From Bacilli bacterium (GTDB taxonomy: Bacteria; Bacillota_I; Bacilli_A; RF39; UBA660), in NCBI GenBank assembly GCA_017527675.1, contig JAFXPU010000002.1, positions 6,400 to 70,399 of the forward strand: a stretch of 64,000 bases of DNA. Direction: 5' to 3'. Of this stretch, positions 54,718 through 64,000 are shown one piece after another (the first letter of the stretch is position 1; the number at the start of each line of letters is the position of its first letter). The translations under genes and the position numbers were made by a program. The notes under the pieces are model-generated. The model saw only the letters and a list, made by a program, of their open reading frames with translations. It was not told where the DNA came from and did no database searches.

Positions 54718-54798
54718 TACACACACCTCTATCTTAGTACATTATAACATATTAATTCAATTATTGTTATATTTTTTTGAAAAAAAACAAAAAAAGAG

Positions 54799-55968
54799 TT
54801 AAAACCCTTTTCCATATTTATGATATTGGCTAATTAAATAATCATCTGTCATACCAGCTATATAATCAACAACCTTTTGTTCATCAGATGTATTATTCAT
54901 ATAATCATCACACATATAATCAAGATAAACTTTATATATATCAGCATCTTTAATATCATTTTTAACATGATATAAACATGCTTCAAATAGTTTATTAAAC
55001 ATTAATTTATAATTATCAATTTGTTCTTTAGTATTAGCCTTACTATAAATATTTTCATAATTAAATTTCTTTAAATCAACAATTGCTTTATAAATATCAT
55101 CACTTAATTTAATATATGGTTTATCCAAACTATTATTTAAAATATCCATAATAACTGTATTTATTATTTCTCCATTAGTAGTACCCAAAACCGCACGAAT
55201 ATTAGCAGGAATATCATTAATATCAATAACATTTAGGCGAATGGCATCCTCAATATCGCGTCCTATATAACCAATTACATCAGATATTCTCACAACACAT
55301 CCCTCAAGCGTCATTGGTCTTAAATGTTTTAAGGTTTCCGTATCAGCATAACATCTTTCATATTCATCCAAAAATTCTTCTTTAGTTTTTGTTTTAGGAT
55401 AATACTCATTGGAAACAAATTCCCCATTATGACATAATGCTCCATCAAGAACTTGAATACTTATATTAAATCCTTTACCATTGTTTTCAACATCCTTTAA
55501 AATACGCATACTATGAACATTATGATTAAACATACGACCAGTATATTTTAAAGTAATATCATTTAAAATATATTCACCTGTATGGCCAAATGGTACATGA
55601 CCTAAATCATGAGCTAAAGCAATAGCCTCTGTTAAATCCTCATTTAAACCTAAACCACGACTAATAGTTCGAGCTATTTTACTAACCATTTGAACATGTG
55701 TCATGCGTTTACTAATATTATCATTTTCATTATTACTAAATACCTGTGTTTTATCAATATATCTTGTATAAGATAAAGAATAAATAATTCGATCAATATC
55801 ACGAAAGAAACTAGGACGAATATCCGCATCAAATTTATCTAATCTAATACTTTCTTCGTCCTTTGTCGCATAAGGACTTAAATATAAATTGTGTCTATTC
55901 ATGTTATCTTTAATAGTCATACAATCACCTAAAAATATTATACTATATTTTTTAATTAGTTCAAGCAA
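54799..55968 (-). CDS. dGTP triphosphohydrolase-like HD-domain protein
   Basis: HVQMVSKIARTI...LAHDLGHVPFGH HD motif. Confidence 0.8.
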   Translation of the reverse strand: MLELIKKYSIIFLGDCMTIKDNMNRHNLYLSPYATKDEESIRLDKFDADIRPSFFRDIDRIIYSLSYTRYIDKTQVFSNNENDNISKRMTHVQMVSKIARTISRGLGLNEDLTEAIALAHDLGHVPFGHTGEYILNDITLKYTGRMFNHNVHSMRILKDVENNGKGFNISIQVLDGALCHNGEFVSNEYYPKTKTKEEFLDEYERCYADTETLKHLRPMTLEGCVVRISDVIGYIGRDIEDAIRLNVIDINDIPANIRAVLGTTNGEIINTVIMDILNNSLDKPYIKLSDDIYKAIVDLKKFNYENIYSKANTKEQIDNYKLMFNKLFEACLYHVKNDIKDADIYKVYLDYMCDDYMNNTSDEQKVVDYIAGMTDDYLISQYHKYGKGF

Positions 55969-56035
55969 GATGTATTGTATTATTTAACTTTAAATGTTAT
56001 AATTTTATATAGTAAAAGAATAGAGGAGTGATGAT

Positions 56036-57202
56036 ATGTTTAAAGCAAATATTGGGCATAGTACCATTTCTGATAGCTATATGAGTGGTCAACAAACTAT
56101 TACAAGTGCCTTAAAAGAAATAGAAAATCCTAAAGTTGCTTTAGTTTTTACATCAGAGGAACATGATTTAGAAAAAATTAGTGAAGGTATTAAAAGTGTA
56201 ACTGATATTCCATTTATTGGTTGTACTTCATCTGAAGCTATTGTTACAAATGATGGATTCCTATCTGAAGCAACTGGTCAAACAGCAGCCATGGTTTTTG
56301 CAGATGATGATATTAGAATTGGTTGTGGAATAGTTGAAAATGAAGGTAATGCTCGTGAAGCAGGTAAAAAAGCAACTATTGCTGCTATTAAAAATTCAAA
56401 TTGTAGCATTAAACCATCTTACATCTATATGTTAGCAACACCAGGTGAAGAAGAAAATTATTTAAAAGGTGTTCAAGATGTAGTTGGACGTATTCCAGTA
56501 TTTGGTGGTAGTGCTGCTGATAACGAATTTGAAGGTAAATGGAAAGTATTTACTAATGAAAAAATTGTTACTAATGGTTGTGCTATTATGTTAATTTATA
56601 ACAAAAAAGGTATTAATGCTGTATATGAAGTTCCTTATAAAGAAACAGGTACTTCTGGTATTATAACTAAAATTGAAGATGAAAGAACAATAGCTGAAAT
56701 TGATAATCAACCAGCATTAGTTAAATTCTCTGAATGGACTAAATTCCCACTTGAAGATGTTAAAGGTATTAATGCTTTAGATGCATCAGTTATTTATCCA
56801 TTTAGTGTTAAAGATCCAATTAATTCAGTAACATTAGTAAGACAACCAGTATTCTCTAAAGAAGACAATACAGTTATTATGAGTAATAATGTAGCTGTTG
56901 GTACATGTATTAATTTAATGCATGCAACTGGAGAAGATTTTGTTGATTGCTTAGATAACTCTATTGATAAATTAAATGCTAAAACTAAAGGTGAAGCTGG
57001 AGCATATTTATTCTTCCATTGTGGAAAAAGAAAATATATTATGAGTGATGAAGAATTAATGTCTATGTATAACATTATGAAAGAAAAAACAAATGGAGCA
57101 CCATTTATTTGTGCATTTACATTTGGTGAATATGGGTTTAATGATCACTCAGCAAACTCTTGTGGTAGTTTAATGTTATCATGTGTCGACATCGAAAAAT
57201 AA
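56036..57202 (+). CDS. FIST-domain protein
   Basis: 388 aa; its layout resembles FIST N/C sensory domains (recalled, moderate). Confidence 0.45.
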   Translation: MFKANIGHSTISDSYMSGQQTITSALKEIENPKVALVFTSEEHDLEKISEGIKSVTDIPFIGCTSSEAIVTNDGFLSEATGQTAAMVFADDDIRIGCGIVENEGNAREAGKKATIAAIKNSNCSIKPSYIYMLATPGEEENYLKGVQDVVGRIPVFGGSAADNEFEGKWKVFTNEKIVTNGCAIMLIYNKKGINAVYEVPYKETGTSGIITKIEDERTIAEIDNQPALVKFSEWTKFPLEDVKGINALDASVIYPFSVKDPINSVTLVRQPVFSKEDNTVIMSNNVAVGTCINLMHATGEDFVDCLDNSIDKLNAKTKGEAGAYLFFHCGKRKYIMSDEELMSMYNIMKEKTNGAPFICAFTFGEYGFNDHSANSCGSLMLSCVDIEK

Positions 57203-57873
57203 ATAAAAAAATCCAAGTAATCTTATTACTTGGGTTTCTTATTTTAACTGGATGTAATAGCAAAAAAGAAGAAATAAAAAAAGAAAAGAAAGAGATTAAA
57301 CCGCAAGAACAAGAAGAGGTAAAAATAGAAGAAGAAAAATATGTAGACGATAATCCAATAACCATTGGTTTATATGAGGACTATTCTACATTGGTTAAAG
57401 ATTATTATACAGATAAAACATCTTTAAAAGATTTATTCTTTAGTGCTTTTTATACTAATGATGAAAGCATCGTACAAGGATATGTTAAAAATAGATTTTT
57501 AAATTATATGAACAACTATGAAAATGTTAATGATTATAAAATAGGTTATACCATATCATTCTATGTTGGAGATGAATATATTTCTAAAACCATAACAGAA
57601 ATAACAGATGAATATGTTTTTAATCCATATTTCTACGTTTATTTATATGATGACGTTAATCAAGAAATTGGTGCATGGTATAGTCATTTAACTAAAGATG
57701 ATGTTAAAGACTATAATCTATTTACTTCTATTAAATTATATTTAGTAGAAATAGATAAAGTAACATCACCTATTGAATTAACTGTATTTACTTATGATAC
57801 TGAAGATGACTTTGATGATAAAGGAAACTATAGAGGTAATAGTAAATATACTATAAATATAAATTGGAATTAA
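57181..57873 (+). CDS. Lipoprotein
   Basis: Lipobox LILTGC after a basic N-terminus, then a Lys/Glu-rich linker. Confidence 0.6.
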   Translation: MCRHRKINKKIQVILLLGFLILTGCNSKKEEIKKEKKEIKPQEQEEVKIEEEKYVDDNPITIGLYEDYSTLVKDYYTDKTSLKDLFFSAFYTNDESIVQGYVKNRFLNYMNNYENVNDYKIGYTISFYVGDEYISKTITEITDEYVFNPYFYVYLYDDVNQEIGAWYSHLTKDDVKDYNLFTSIKLYLVEIDKVTSPIELTVFTYDTEDDFDDKGNYRGNSKYTININWN

Positions 57874-57903
57874 AAAAAAGAGAAATAATATTTCTCTTTT
57901 TTA
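57874..57903. terminator. Bidirectional intrinsic terminator between convergent genes
   Basis: AAAAGAGAAATA-A-TATTTCTCTTTT hairpin flanked by A/T runs. Confidence 0.7.
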
Positions 57904-59406
57904 TATTGTTGGATATGTATTAACACCAATTTTAAATCCTAATAAATACCAACCTACAATTATTACTAACCAAACAATTGTTAAAATCAATGTAATTGGA
58001 GCAATTTTTTTCATAGTTGCAAACATCTTAACCTCTTCACCATTATCATCATGCTTATAAAGTAAACCAAGCATAACAATAAAGTAAATATAAATTGGAC
58101 TAAAACATTTACCAGCAGAATCAGCAGATTGAAAAATCATCTGAGAAAAAGCAGGAGAAATATTTGCTCTTAATAATAGTGGTACCATAATTGGTGATAA
58201 AATCATCCATTTATCTGTTGTTGTTGGCATAAAGATAGTCATCAACATACAAATTATAAATACAGGAATAATTAAGAATAAACCATTAAATTCCAAAGAT
58301 CCCATAAATTCCACTAGATTTAAACATATTACATCATCTATTTGCGTATATTCTAAAATACTTAACATAATAGAATAAAAGAATAATATTGCAAATAAGA
58401 ACCCTGTATTTTCAAATGATTTAGATATAGATTTATTATATTCACGAGTATTTTTAATATTTCTTGAAATTCTACCATATATATAACCACATATCATAGC
58501 AATAGCAAGTATAGCTAATAAATGACCTTCTTTAAAAGGAGCATAATCACTTAACAATTTAGTTATATATAATCCATCTTCTTGATCAAGTAATAATCCT
58601 GAAAAAGGTAATCCTGGAATAATTGAATAAATAACAAATGCAATTAATAATGTAAAAACAACACTTGTTACTTTTAAAGCCGTTGGAGATTCAATAAATT
58701 TTTCTTCATCTGCTTCACTTTTACGTACTTTTTTATTAAATTTTTTATCAACAACATTTGTTCCAACTATTGCTAAGATAAATGTTGATATTATTTTTAT
58801 ATATATTAATGACATTGGTTCATATTTAAAATCTGAAATAACATCTTGTGCTGCTAATGCACTATAATCACTTAAGAAAATATCTTGATAATTATAAAAT
58901 AAGCCAGAAGCATAACCCATAGTAATACCAACAAATGATATCATAATACCATTTTTAGGATTACGTCCTAAATATTTATAAACTAAACCAAATAATGGTA
59001 GTAACAATGCATAGCAATAATCACCAAAAAAGGTAGATATCATACTTACAAATAAAACTATAAATGTTATATAATTTGATTTAATATTTCTAAATGGTTT
59101 TAATAAATGATTTAAAAGACCACTTGCTTCTAATATTGATAAAGCTATAAATGACATAATTAATATAGAAATTGGTTCAATCATTTTAAAATGGAAAACT
59201 GAATTACCAAAAATATATTTTAGTCCTTCTTTACTAAATATGTTATTAACAGTTACAATGGTTTTTTGATGTGTTTGAGCATCAGTCATATAACCTTTAA
59301 AACCTATTTTATTTAGTAAGAAACTCAATATTAGTAATGCTATACTTATAAAAATAATAAGCATTATTGGCCCAATATCTAATTTTTTTAACTTCTTAGT
59401 CGCCAT
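57901..59406 (-). CDS. AbgT-family transporter (aminobenzoyl-glutamate transporter-like)
   Basis: 501 aa, at least 10 TM helices, layout typical of AbgT. Confidence 0.55.
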   Translation of the reverse strand: MATKKLKKLDIGPIMLIIFISIALLILSFLLNKIGFKGYMTDAQTHQKTIVTVNNIFSKEGLKYIFGNSVFHFKMIEPISILIMSFIALSILEASGLLNHLLKPFRNIKSNYITFIVLFVSMISTFFGDYCYALLLPLFGLVYKYLGRNPKNGIMISFVGITMGYASGLFYNYQDIFLSDYSALAAQDVISDFKYEPMSLIYIKIISTFILAIVGTNVVDKKFNKKVRKSEADEEKFIESPTALKVTSVVFTLLIAFVIYSIIPGLPFSGLLLDQEDGLYITKLLSDYAPFKEGHLLAILAIAMICGYIYGRISRNIKNTREYNKSISKSFENTGFLFAILFFYSIMLSILEYTQIDDVICLNLVEFMGSLEFNGLFLIIPVFIICMLMTIFMPTTTDKWMILSPIMVPLLLRANISPAFSQMIFQSADSAGKCFSPIYIYFIVMLGLLYKHDDNGEEVKMFATMKKIAPITLILTIVWLVIIVGWYLLGFKIGVNTYPTI

Positions 59407-59414
59407 TTTTCCTC

Positions 59415-59600
59415 CTAATATGTTTCAACTTTTTTTAATTTTTTGTTAAATTCAATTCGTGGTAACATTATTGTTCTACCACAATTTAAACATTTAATTT
59501 TAATATCGGCACCCATTCTAACAATTTGCCATTTATTAGCACCACATGGATGTTCCTTTTTCATAATTACAACGCTATCTAATTTATAATTATTTTCCAT
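59415..59600 (-). CDS. DUF951 small zinc-ribbon protein
   Basis: KEHPCGANKWQIVRMGADIKIKCLNCGRTIMLPR. Start moved to MENNYK to avoid a 59-nt overlap with mscS. Confidence 0.5.
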   Translation of the reverse strand: MENNYKLDSVVIMKKEHPCGANKWQIVRMGADIKIKCLNCGRTIMLPRIEFNKKLKKVETY

Positions 59601-60375
59601 TATGAACCACCACCTGTGGGAATGGTATTTCAATACCTTCTTTATCAAATGTTAATTTTACTTCTTCTTTGAATTTTCGTCCTAAAGATATTCTTTCTTC
59701 ATAAGGACAAGTAATAGCTACTTTAATAACTACTCCATTATCTCCTAAATCATCTACACCTAAAACTTCGTATATATAGTCTGTTCCTTTTGCTTGTTTT
59801 TTACAAATATCATCTAATACTTTTTTAACTTTTGGAATATCATCTGAGTAAGAAACCATAACATCAATTAAGAAAATATTTTCATTAACTGTATAGTTAA
59901 TTAATTCTGAAATATTACGGTTAGCAACTATTTTAACCTCACCAGTATAAGCTTTAATTCTAGTTGTTCTAACACCAAATTTAGTTACTGTTCCTTTAAA
60001 TCCATTAATTTCTACAATATCTCCAATTGCAAATTGATCTTCTAGTAACACAGCTATACCAACAATAAAATCCTTTAAGACATCTTGTAGAGCTAAACCA
60101 GCTACTAAACTTAATACTCCAAGAGAAGCTATAATAGATTTAGTATCAATGCCATATACTTCCAAAATCATCGTTAAATCAACAACAATAATAAAGTATT
60201 TAATAATGTTATTGACTATACTTTTTAAAGTATTTCTCTTTTTATCATTTTGACGTGCTACTTTTATCTTATGAATACGATTAACAATATGTATTAAAAT
60301 ATAATAAATAATAACACTAACAAAAATAATTACAACAGGAGCAATTACTTCTTTTTTTAATAAAAAATCTACCAT
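59590..60375 (-). CDS. Small-conductance mechanosensitive channel (MscS family)
   Basis: GDIVEINGFKGTVTKFGVRTTRIKAYTGEVKIVANRNISELINY (MscS beta domain) after 3 TM helices. Confidence 0.8.
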   Translation of the reverse strand: MVDFLLKKEVIAPVVIIFVSVIIYYILIHIVNRIHKIKVARQNDKKRNTLKSIVNNIIKYFIIVVDLTMILEVYGIDTKSIIASLGVLSLVAGLALQDVLKDFIVGIAVLLEDQFAIGDIVEINGFKGTVTKFGVRTTRIKAYTGEVKIVANRNISELINYTVNENIFLIDVMVSYSDDIPKVKKVLDDICKKQAKGTDYIYEVLGVDDLGDNGVVIKVAITCPYEERISLGRKFKEEVKLTFDKEGIEIPFPQVVVHNGK

Positions 60376-60377
60376 TT

Positions 60378-61262
60378 CTAATCACCTAAATTTATTGTAT
60401 CTAAAATTCTATTTAAATCAGCTGTATTAGTAAAAGAAATAACAATTTTATTGTCTTGAATTCTTACTCTAGTATCTAACTTTTCTCTTAATAATTCTTC
60501 AGCATAAATATATTCTTTATCTCTTTCTTTAACAGGCTTATTTATTTTTACCTTTTTCTCTTCAACAGTTGCTTTTCTTTCAATATCACGAACTGGTAAT
60601 TTATTGTCTACTATTTCATGAGCTAAAGCAATTATTTTATCATTATCTTCAAGCTTAGATAATACACGAGCATGACCCATACTTAATGAATTATTAGCTA
60701 CCATTTCTTGTACTTCAGCAGGTAATCTAAGTAATCCTAAAGTATTAGTAACATGACTTCTACTTTTACCTACTTTTTCACTTAATTCATCTTGAGTAAT
60801 AGCAAACTTTTCAAGCATTGCTTTATAAGCTAAAGCTTCTTCAATAGCATTTAAATTTTCTCTTTGAAGATTTTCTAGTAAAGCTATTTCCATCATTTGA
60901 CCATCATCTAAATCACGGATAATAGCTGGAACTTTATCTAATCCAGCTTTTTTAGCAGCTCTAACACGTCTTTCACCAGCTATTATTTCATAACCTTTAA
61001 TACTTCTTTTAACAATAATAGGTTGAAAAATTCCGTGTTCTCTTATTGAAGCAGTTAAATCATCTAAAGCTTCATCATCAAAAACACGACGTGGTTGATA
61101 TGGATTCGGTCTTAATTCATTAACATCAACATCCACAATTTCTTCTTTATTTATTGATTCATAAACACTTTGTTCAAAACTATTTAAATCAATACTTTCA
61201 TTATCAAATAATTGTTCTAAACCACGTCCTAAAGCGCGTTTTTTATTTTCCATTTCTTTCAA
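60378..61262 (-). CDS. parB: Chromosome partitioning protein ParB/Spo0J
   Basis: ALGRGLEQLF, ELRPNPYQPRR, GERRVRAAKKAGL ParB boxes. Confidence 0.9.
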   Translation of the reverse strand: MKEMENKKRALGRGLEQLFDNESIDLNSFEQSVYESINKEEIVDVDVNELRPNPYQPRRVFDDEALDDLTASIREHGIFQPIIVKRSIKGYEIIAGERRVRAAKKAGLDKVPAIIRDLDDGQMMEIALLENLQRENLNAIEEALAYKAMLEKFAITQDELSEKVGKSRSHVTNTLGLLRLPAEVQEMVANNSLSMGHARVLSKLEDNDKIIALAHEIVDNKLPVRDIERKATVEEKKVKINKPVKERDKEYIYAEELLREKLDTRVRIQDNKIVISFTNTADLNRILDTINLGD

Positions 61263-62037
61263 TCACCTCTTTAGCTAAGTTTAGGTAAGCTGTTGTACCA
61301 TGACTCTTAGCATCATATGCGTATATTGGTTTTCCATGACTAGGAGCTTCTGATAACTTAACTAATCTTGGAATAATTGTATCATATACCTTTTCTTTAA
61401 AATAACTTTTTATTTCTTCAACTACTTCCAAACCTAAATTAGTACGACTATCTAACATAGTTAATAATACACCTTCTATTTGAAGATTTGGATTTAATTT
61501 CTTTTGAGCTAATACAATTGAATTTAATAGTTGCATTATTCCTTCAAGAGCAAAAAATTCACATTGAACAGGAATAATTACTGAATTAGCAGCTGTTAAA
61601 GCATTAGTAGTAATTAAATTTAAAGATGGTGGACAATCGATGATGATATAATCAAATAATTTAGATATACGATCTAAATGCTTTTTTAATTGTCTTTGTG
61701 GAACAAATCCTTGTTGTGTACGAGCTATTTCAACTAATTCCATATCAGCACCAGCTAAATTAATTGAAGCTGGAATAACATATAAATTATCAAATTCAGA
61801 ACGTACAATTACATCCTTTAATTCAGCTTTATCAGTTAATAATTCATAAACACTAGCTTTTATTTCGCCTTTATTAATACCTATACCTGTTGTTGTATTA
61901 CCTTGTGGATCTAAATCGATTAATAAAGTTTTTTTACCTAACAACCCTAAAGATGCTGCAAGATTTATACTTGAAGTAGTTTTTCCTACTCCACCCTTTT
62001 GATTAACAAATGCAATTATCTTTCCCATCTTTTTCAC
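61243..62037 (-). CDS. parA: Chromosome partitioning ATPase ParA/Soj
   Basis: KGGVGKTTSSINLAASL deviant Walker A; DLDPQGN. Confidence 0.9.
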   Translation of the reverse strand: MKKMGKIIAFVNQKGGVGKTTSSINLAASLGLLGKKTLLIDLDPQGNTTTGIGINKGEIKASVYELLTDKAELKDVIVRSEFDNLYVIPASINLAGADMELVEIARTQQGFVPQRQLKKHLDRISKLFDYIIIDCPPSLNLITTNALTAANSVIIPVQCEFFALEGIMQLLNSIVLAQKKLNPNLQIEGVLLTMLDSRTNLGLEVVEEIKSYFKEKVYDTIIPRLVKLSEAPSHGKPIYAYDAKSHGTTAYLNLAKEVIERNGK

Positions 62038-62129
62038 CTTTTTTCTTATACATATCTAGTTTATCATAATTTTGAAAATAAATCTATTTTAAAAGCAATA
62101 TTATCTTATTTTCACATAAAATTTATTAG

Positions 62130-63104
62130 GTGATTTATATAAAAAAAATATTAATTTTATTTGGCAGTAATTCTTATGAACATGAAGTGTCTTGTGATTC
62201 TGTTAATTTTGTAATTAAAAATATTGATACTAAAAAATACAATTACGATATAGTTGGTATTGATTATAACAATAATTGGTATTTATTAAATAAAAATATC
62301 AAAATAACGCCCAAATGGTTAAAAGAAGATAAAAAAATAATTGATAATACTATTAAATTTGCTAAAAAATATGATGTAGTAATTCCAATTATTCATGGTA
62401 ATACATTTGAAGATGGTAAATTACAAAGTTTATTTGAATTAAATAATATAAACTATGTAGGTTGTGATTCTTATTCCAGTATAATTTCCTATGATAAATT
62501 ACTAACCAAACTAATACTTGAAAAATATAATATTAAGCAAGTAAAGTACTATATATATCAAAAAGATATGAATTTAAATGAAATTGAATACCCAATAATT
62601 ATTAAACCTTGTAAGTGTGGTTCTTCTTTAGGTATTAATGTTGCCAAAAACAAAAAAGAAGCTTTAAAATGTATTAATGAAGCATTAAAATATGATAATA
62701 GCATTATATTAGAACAATATATTGAAAATAAAGAAGAATATGAATGTGCAATTTTACAGGATAAAAAGAAAACTATTGTTTCGGATATTGGAATTATTTT
62801 AAATAATGGTTGTATTTATGATTATAAGGCTAAATATAAAACCAAAATTGAAACTGATATAGCTAATATAAATACTAAATTAAAAAAAGAAATTCAATCA
62901 ACAGCTAAAAAAATATTTCATATTCTAGGTTGTAAAGATTTAAGTAGAGTTGATTTTTTATATGACATTGACAATAAAGAAATCTATTTTAATGAAATAA
63001 ACACTATGCCTGGTTTTACTGAAATAAGTATGTACCCCAAATTAATGAATATTAAAGGAGTAAATGCTAAAAAATTAATATCAATTTTAATTGAAAATAA
63101 TTAA
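62130..63104 (+). CDS. ddl: D-alanine--D-alanine ligase
   Basis: ILILFGSNSYEHEVSC N-terminus and ATP-grasp C-terminus (EINTMPGFTEISMYPKL). GTG start as given in the track. Confidence 0.8.
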   Translation: MIYIKKILILFGSNSYEHEVSCDSVNFVIKNIDTKKYNYDIVGIDYNNNWYLLNKNIKITPKWLKEDKKIIDNTIKFAKKYDVVIPIIHGNTFEDGKLQSLFELNNINYVGCDSYSSIISYDKLLTKLILEKYNIKQVKYYIYQKDMNLNEIEYPIIIKPCKCGSSLGINVAKNKKEALKCINEALKYDNSIILEQYIENKEEYECAILQDKKKTIVSDIGIILNNGCIYDYKAKYKTKIETDIANINTKLKKEIQSTAKKIFHILGCKDLSRVDFLYDIDNKEIYFNEINTMPGFTEISMYPKLMNIKGVNAKKLISILIENN

Positions 63105-63131
63105 AAAATATGGCCTAAGCCATATTTTTCT
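63104..63131. terminator. Bidirectional terminator between ddl and typA
   Basis: AAAAATATGGC-CTAA-GCCATATTTTT hairpin. Confidence 0.7.
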
Positions 63132-64000
63132 TTGCATCTGCTTTTTTTCTTAATTCAGTATTTAAGATTTTTTTGCGCATTCTATAACTTTTTGGGGTTA
63201 CTTCAACTAATTCATCATCATTAATATAATCTAAACATACTTCCAAAGATAATACTCTTGGTCTTTTTAATACAACAGTATGATCTTTTGATGAACTACG
63301 TGTATTAGTTAAGTTTTTACCTTTAACAACATTAACAGCTAAATCGTTATCATGATTATTTTCACCAACAATCATACCCTCATATACTTCAGTACCTGGT
63401 TCAATAAACATAACACCACGATCTTCTAATGCACCAAGTGAATAAGCAGTAGCACTACCATTTTCCATAGAAACAAGTACACCAGCTTTTCTTCTACCTA
63501 CTGTAGCACCAGCAAGTGGACGATATTCACGGAATGCATGATTAATAATTCCATATCCTTTTGTCATAGTCATAAACTCAGTCATAAAACCGATTAAACC
63601 ACGCGTTGGAACAATATAATTAAGTCTAACTTGACCATTATTATTAACCATATTTTCCATTGTTCCTTCACGGTTACCTAATGCTTCAATAACAGAACCT
63701 ACATATTCATCGGAAACATCAATTTGAACATCTTCAAATGGTTCACATTTTTTACCATCTATTTCTTTTTCAATTATTTGAGGTTTAGATACTTGAAGTT
63801 CAAATCCTTCACGACGCATATTTTCAATTAAAATAGATAAATGTAATTCTCCACGACCTGATACAATAAATGATTCAGCATCATTTGGAGCAACTTTTAA
63901 AGATACATCCCTTTCAGTTTCTTTTATTAATCTTTCTTCTATCTTACGAGCAGTAACTATTTTACCTTCTCTACCACAGAATGGTGATGTATTAACACCA
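63115..64000 (-). CDS. typA: Translational GTPase TypA/BipA (C-terminal part; gene runs past the window end)
   Basis: The reading frame stays open upstream of the track's internal Met to the window edge. C-terminal BipA-specific domain (VNVVKGKNLTNTRSS...LRKK). Confidence 0.85.
   Translation of the reverse strand, partial: GVNTSPFCGREGKIVTARKIEERLIKETERDVSLKVAPNDAESFIVSGRGELHLSILIENMRREGFELQVSKPQIIEKEIDGKKCEPFEDVQIDVSDEYVGSVIEALGNREGTMENMVNNNGQVRLNYIVPTRGLIGFMTEFMTMTKGYGIINHAFREYRPLAGATVGRRKAGVLVSMENGSATAYSLGALEDRGVMFIEPGTEVYEGMIVGENNHDNDLAVNVVKGKNLTNTRSSSKDHTVVLKRPRVLSLEVCLDYINDDELVEVTPKSYRMRKKILNTELRKKADAKKNMA

Noticed and set aside
56794-57365. Minus-strand ORFs 56794..57075 and 57138..57365
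   Set aside because: Antisense to the FIST-domain gene and the lipoprotein gene; Ser/Phe-rich low-complexity translations.
1-64000. Possibility that TGA encodes Trp (a Mollicutes-type code), given the extreme AT content
   Set aside because: Long ORFs are intact with TGG for Trp, and genes end cleanly at TGA/TAA/TAG under the standard code (for example addA, the SNF2 gene and the giant gene).

Overview
This 64-kb window is very AT-rich and reads as low-GC Firmicutes chromosome under the standard genetic code (TGA acts as a stop, so it is not a Mycoplasma-type code). It is gene-dense and almost entirely protein-coding. I found no transposases, integrases or CRISPR arrays.

Housekeeping content:
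- addB-addA recombination helicase-nuclease genes
- an RluA-family pseudouridine synthase
- two flavoproteins
- an MtaD-like amidohydrolase
- a dGTPase-like HD protein
- an MscS channel and an AbgT-family transporter
- an origin-proximal-looking block at the right edge: a DUF951 protein, mscS, parB, parA, ddl and a truncated typA.

Accessory-looking content:
- an AraC-type regulator beside an orphan VirD4/TraD-like coupling ATPase
- a bacterial serpin
- a 986-aa zinc-ribbon / thrombospondin-type-3 / VWA protein
- an XRE regulator, two lipoproteins, a GrpB protein and a GNAT acetyltransferase
- a 427-aa unknown protein followed by a SNF2-helicase + SWIM zinc-finger operon
- two divergently transcribed standalone tRNAs (Trp and Ala), each with a near-consensus sigma70 promoter.

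The standout is a roughly 22.8-kb same-strand cluster at 31953..54726. It contains two TasA/camelysin-like small proteins, each directly followed by a SipW-type (S26B-like) signal peptidase fused to a large polytopic membrane domain. One peptidase looks catalytically intact and the other degenerate. Three small membrane-anchored unknowns sit between them. At the centre is a 16.4-kb gene encoding a 5,469-aa secreted giant protein. Its N-terminus carries a SipW-cognate-type signal peptide and a TasA-like domain. These are followed by Listeria/Bacteroides (Flg_new) repeats, long beta-helix-like repeat tracts and three tandem modules of about 750 aa, each ending in a glycine-rich domain. The giant gene is bracketed by intrinsic terminators on both sides. 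I read this as a candidate SipW-dependent TasA-like fibre system with a giant fibre-attached adhesin. I could not run structural or database searches to confirm that.
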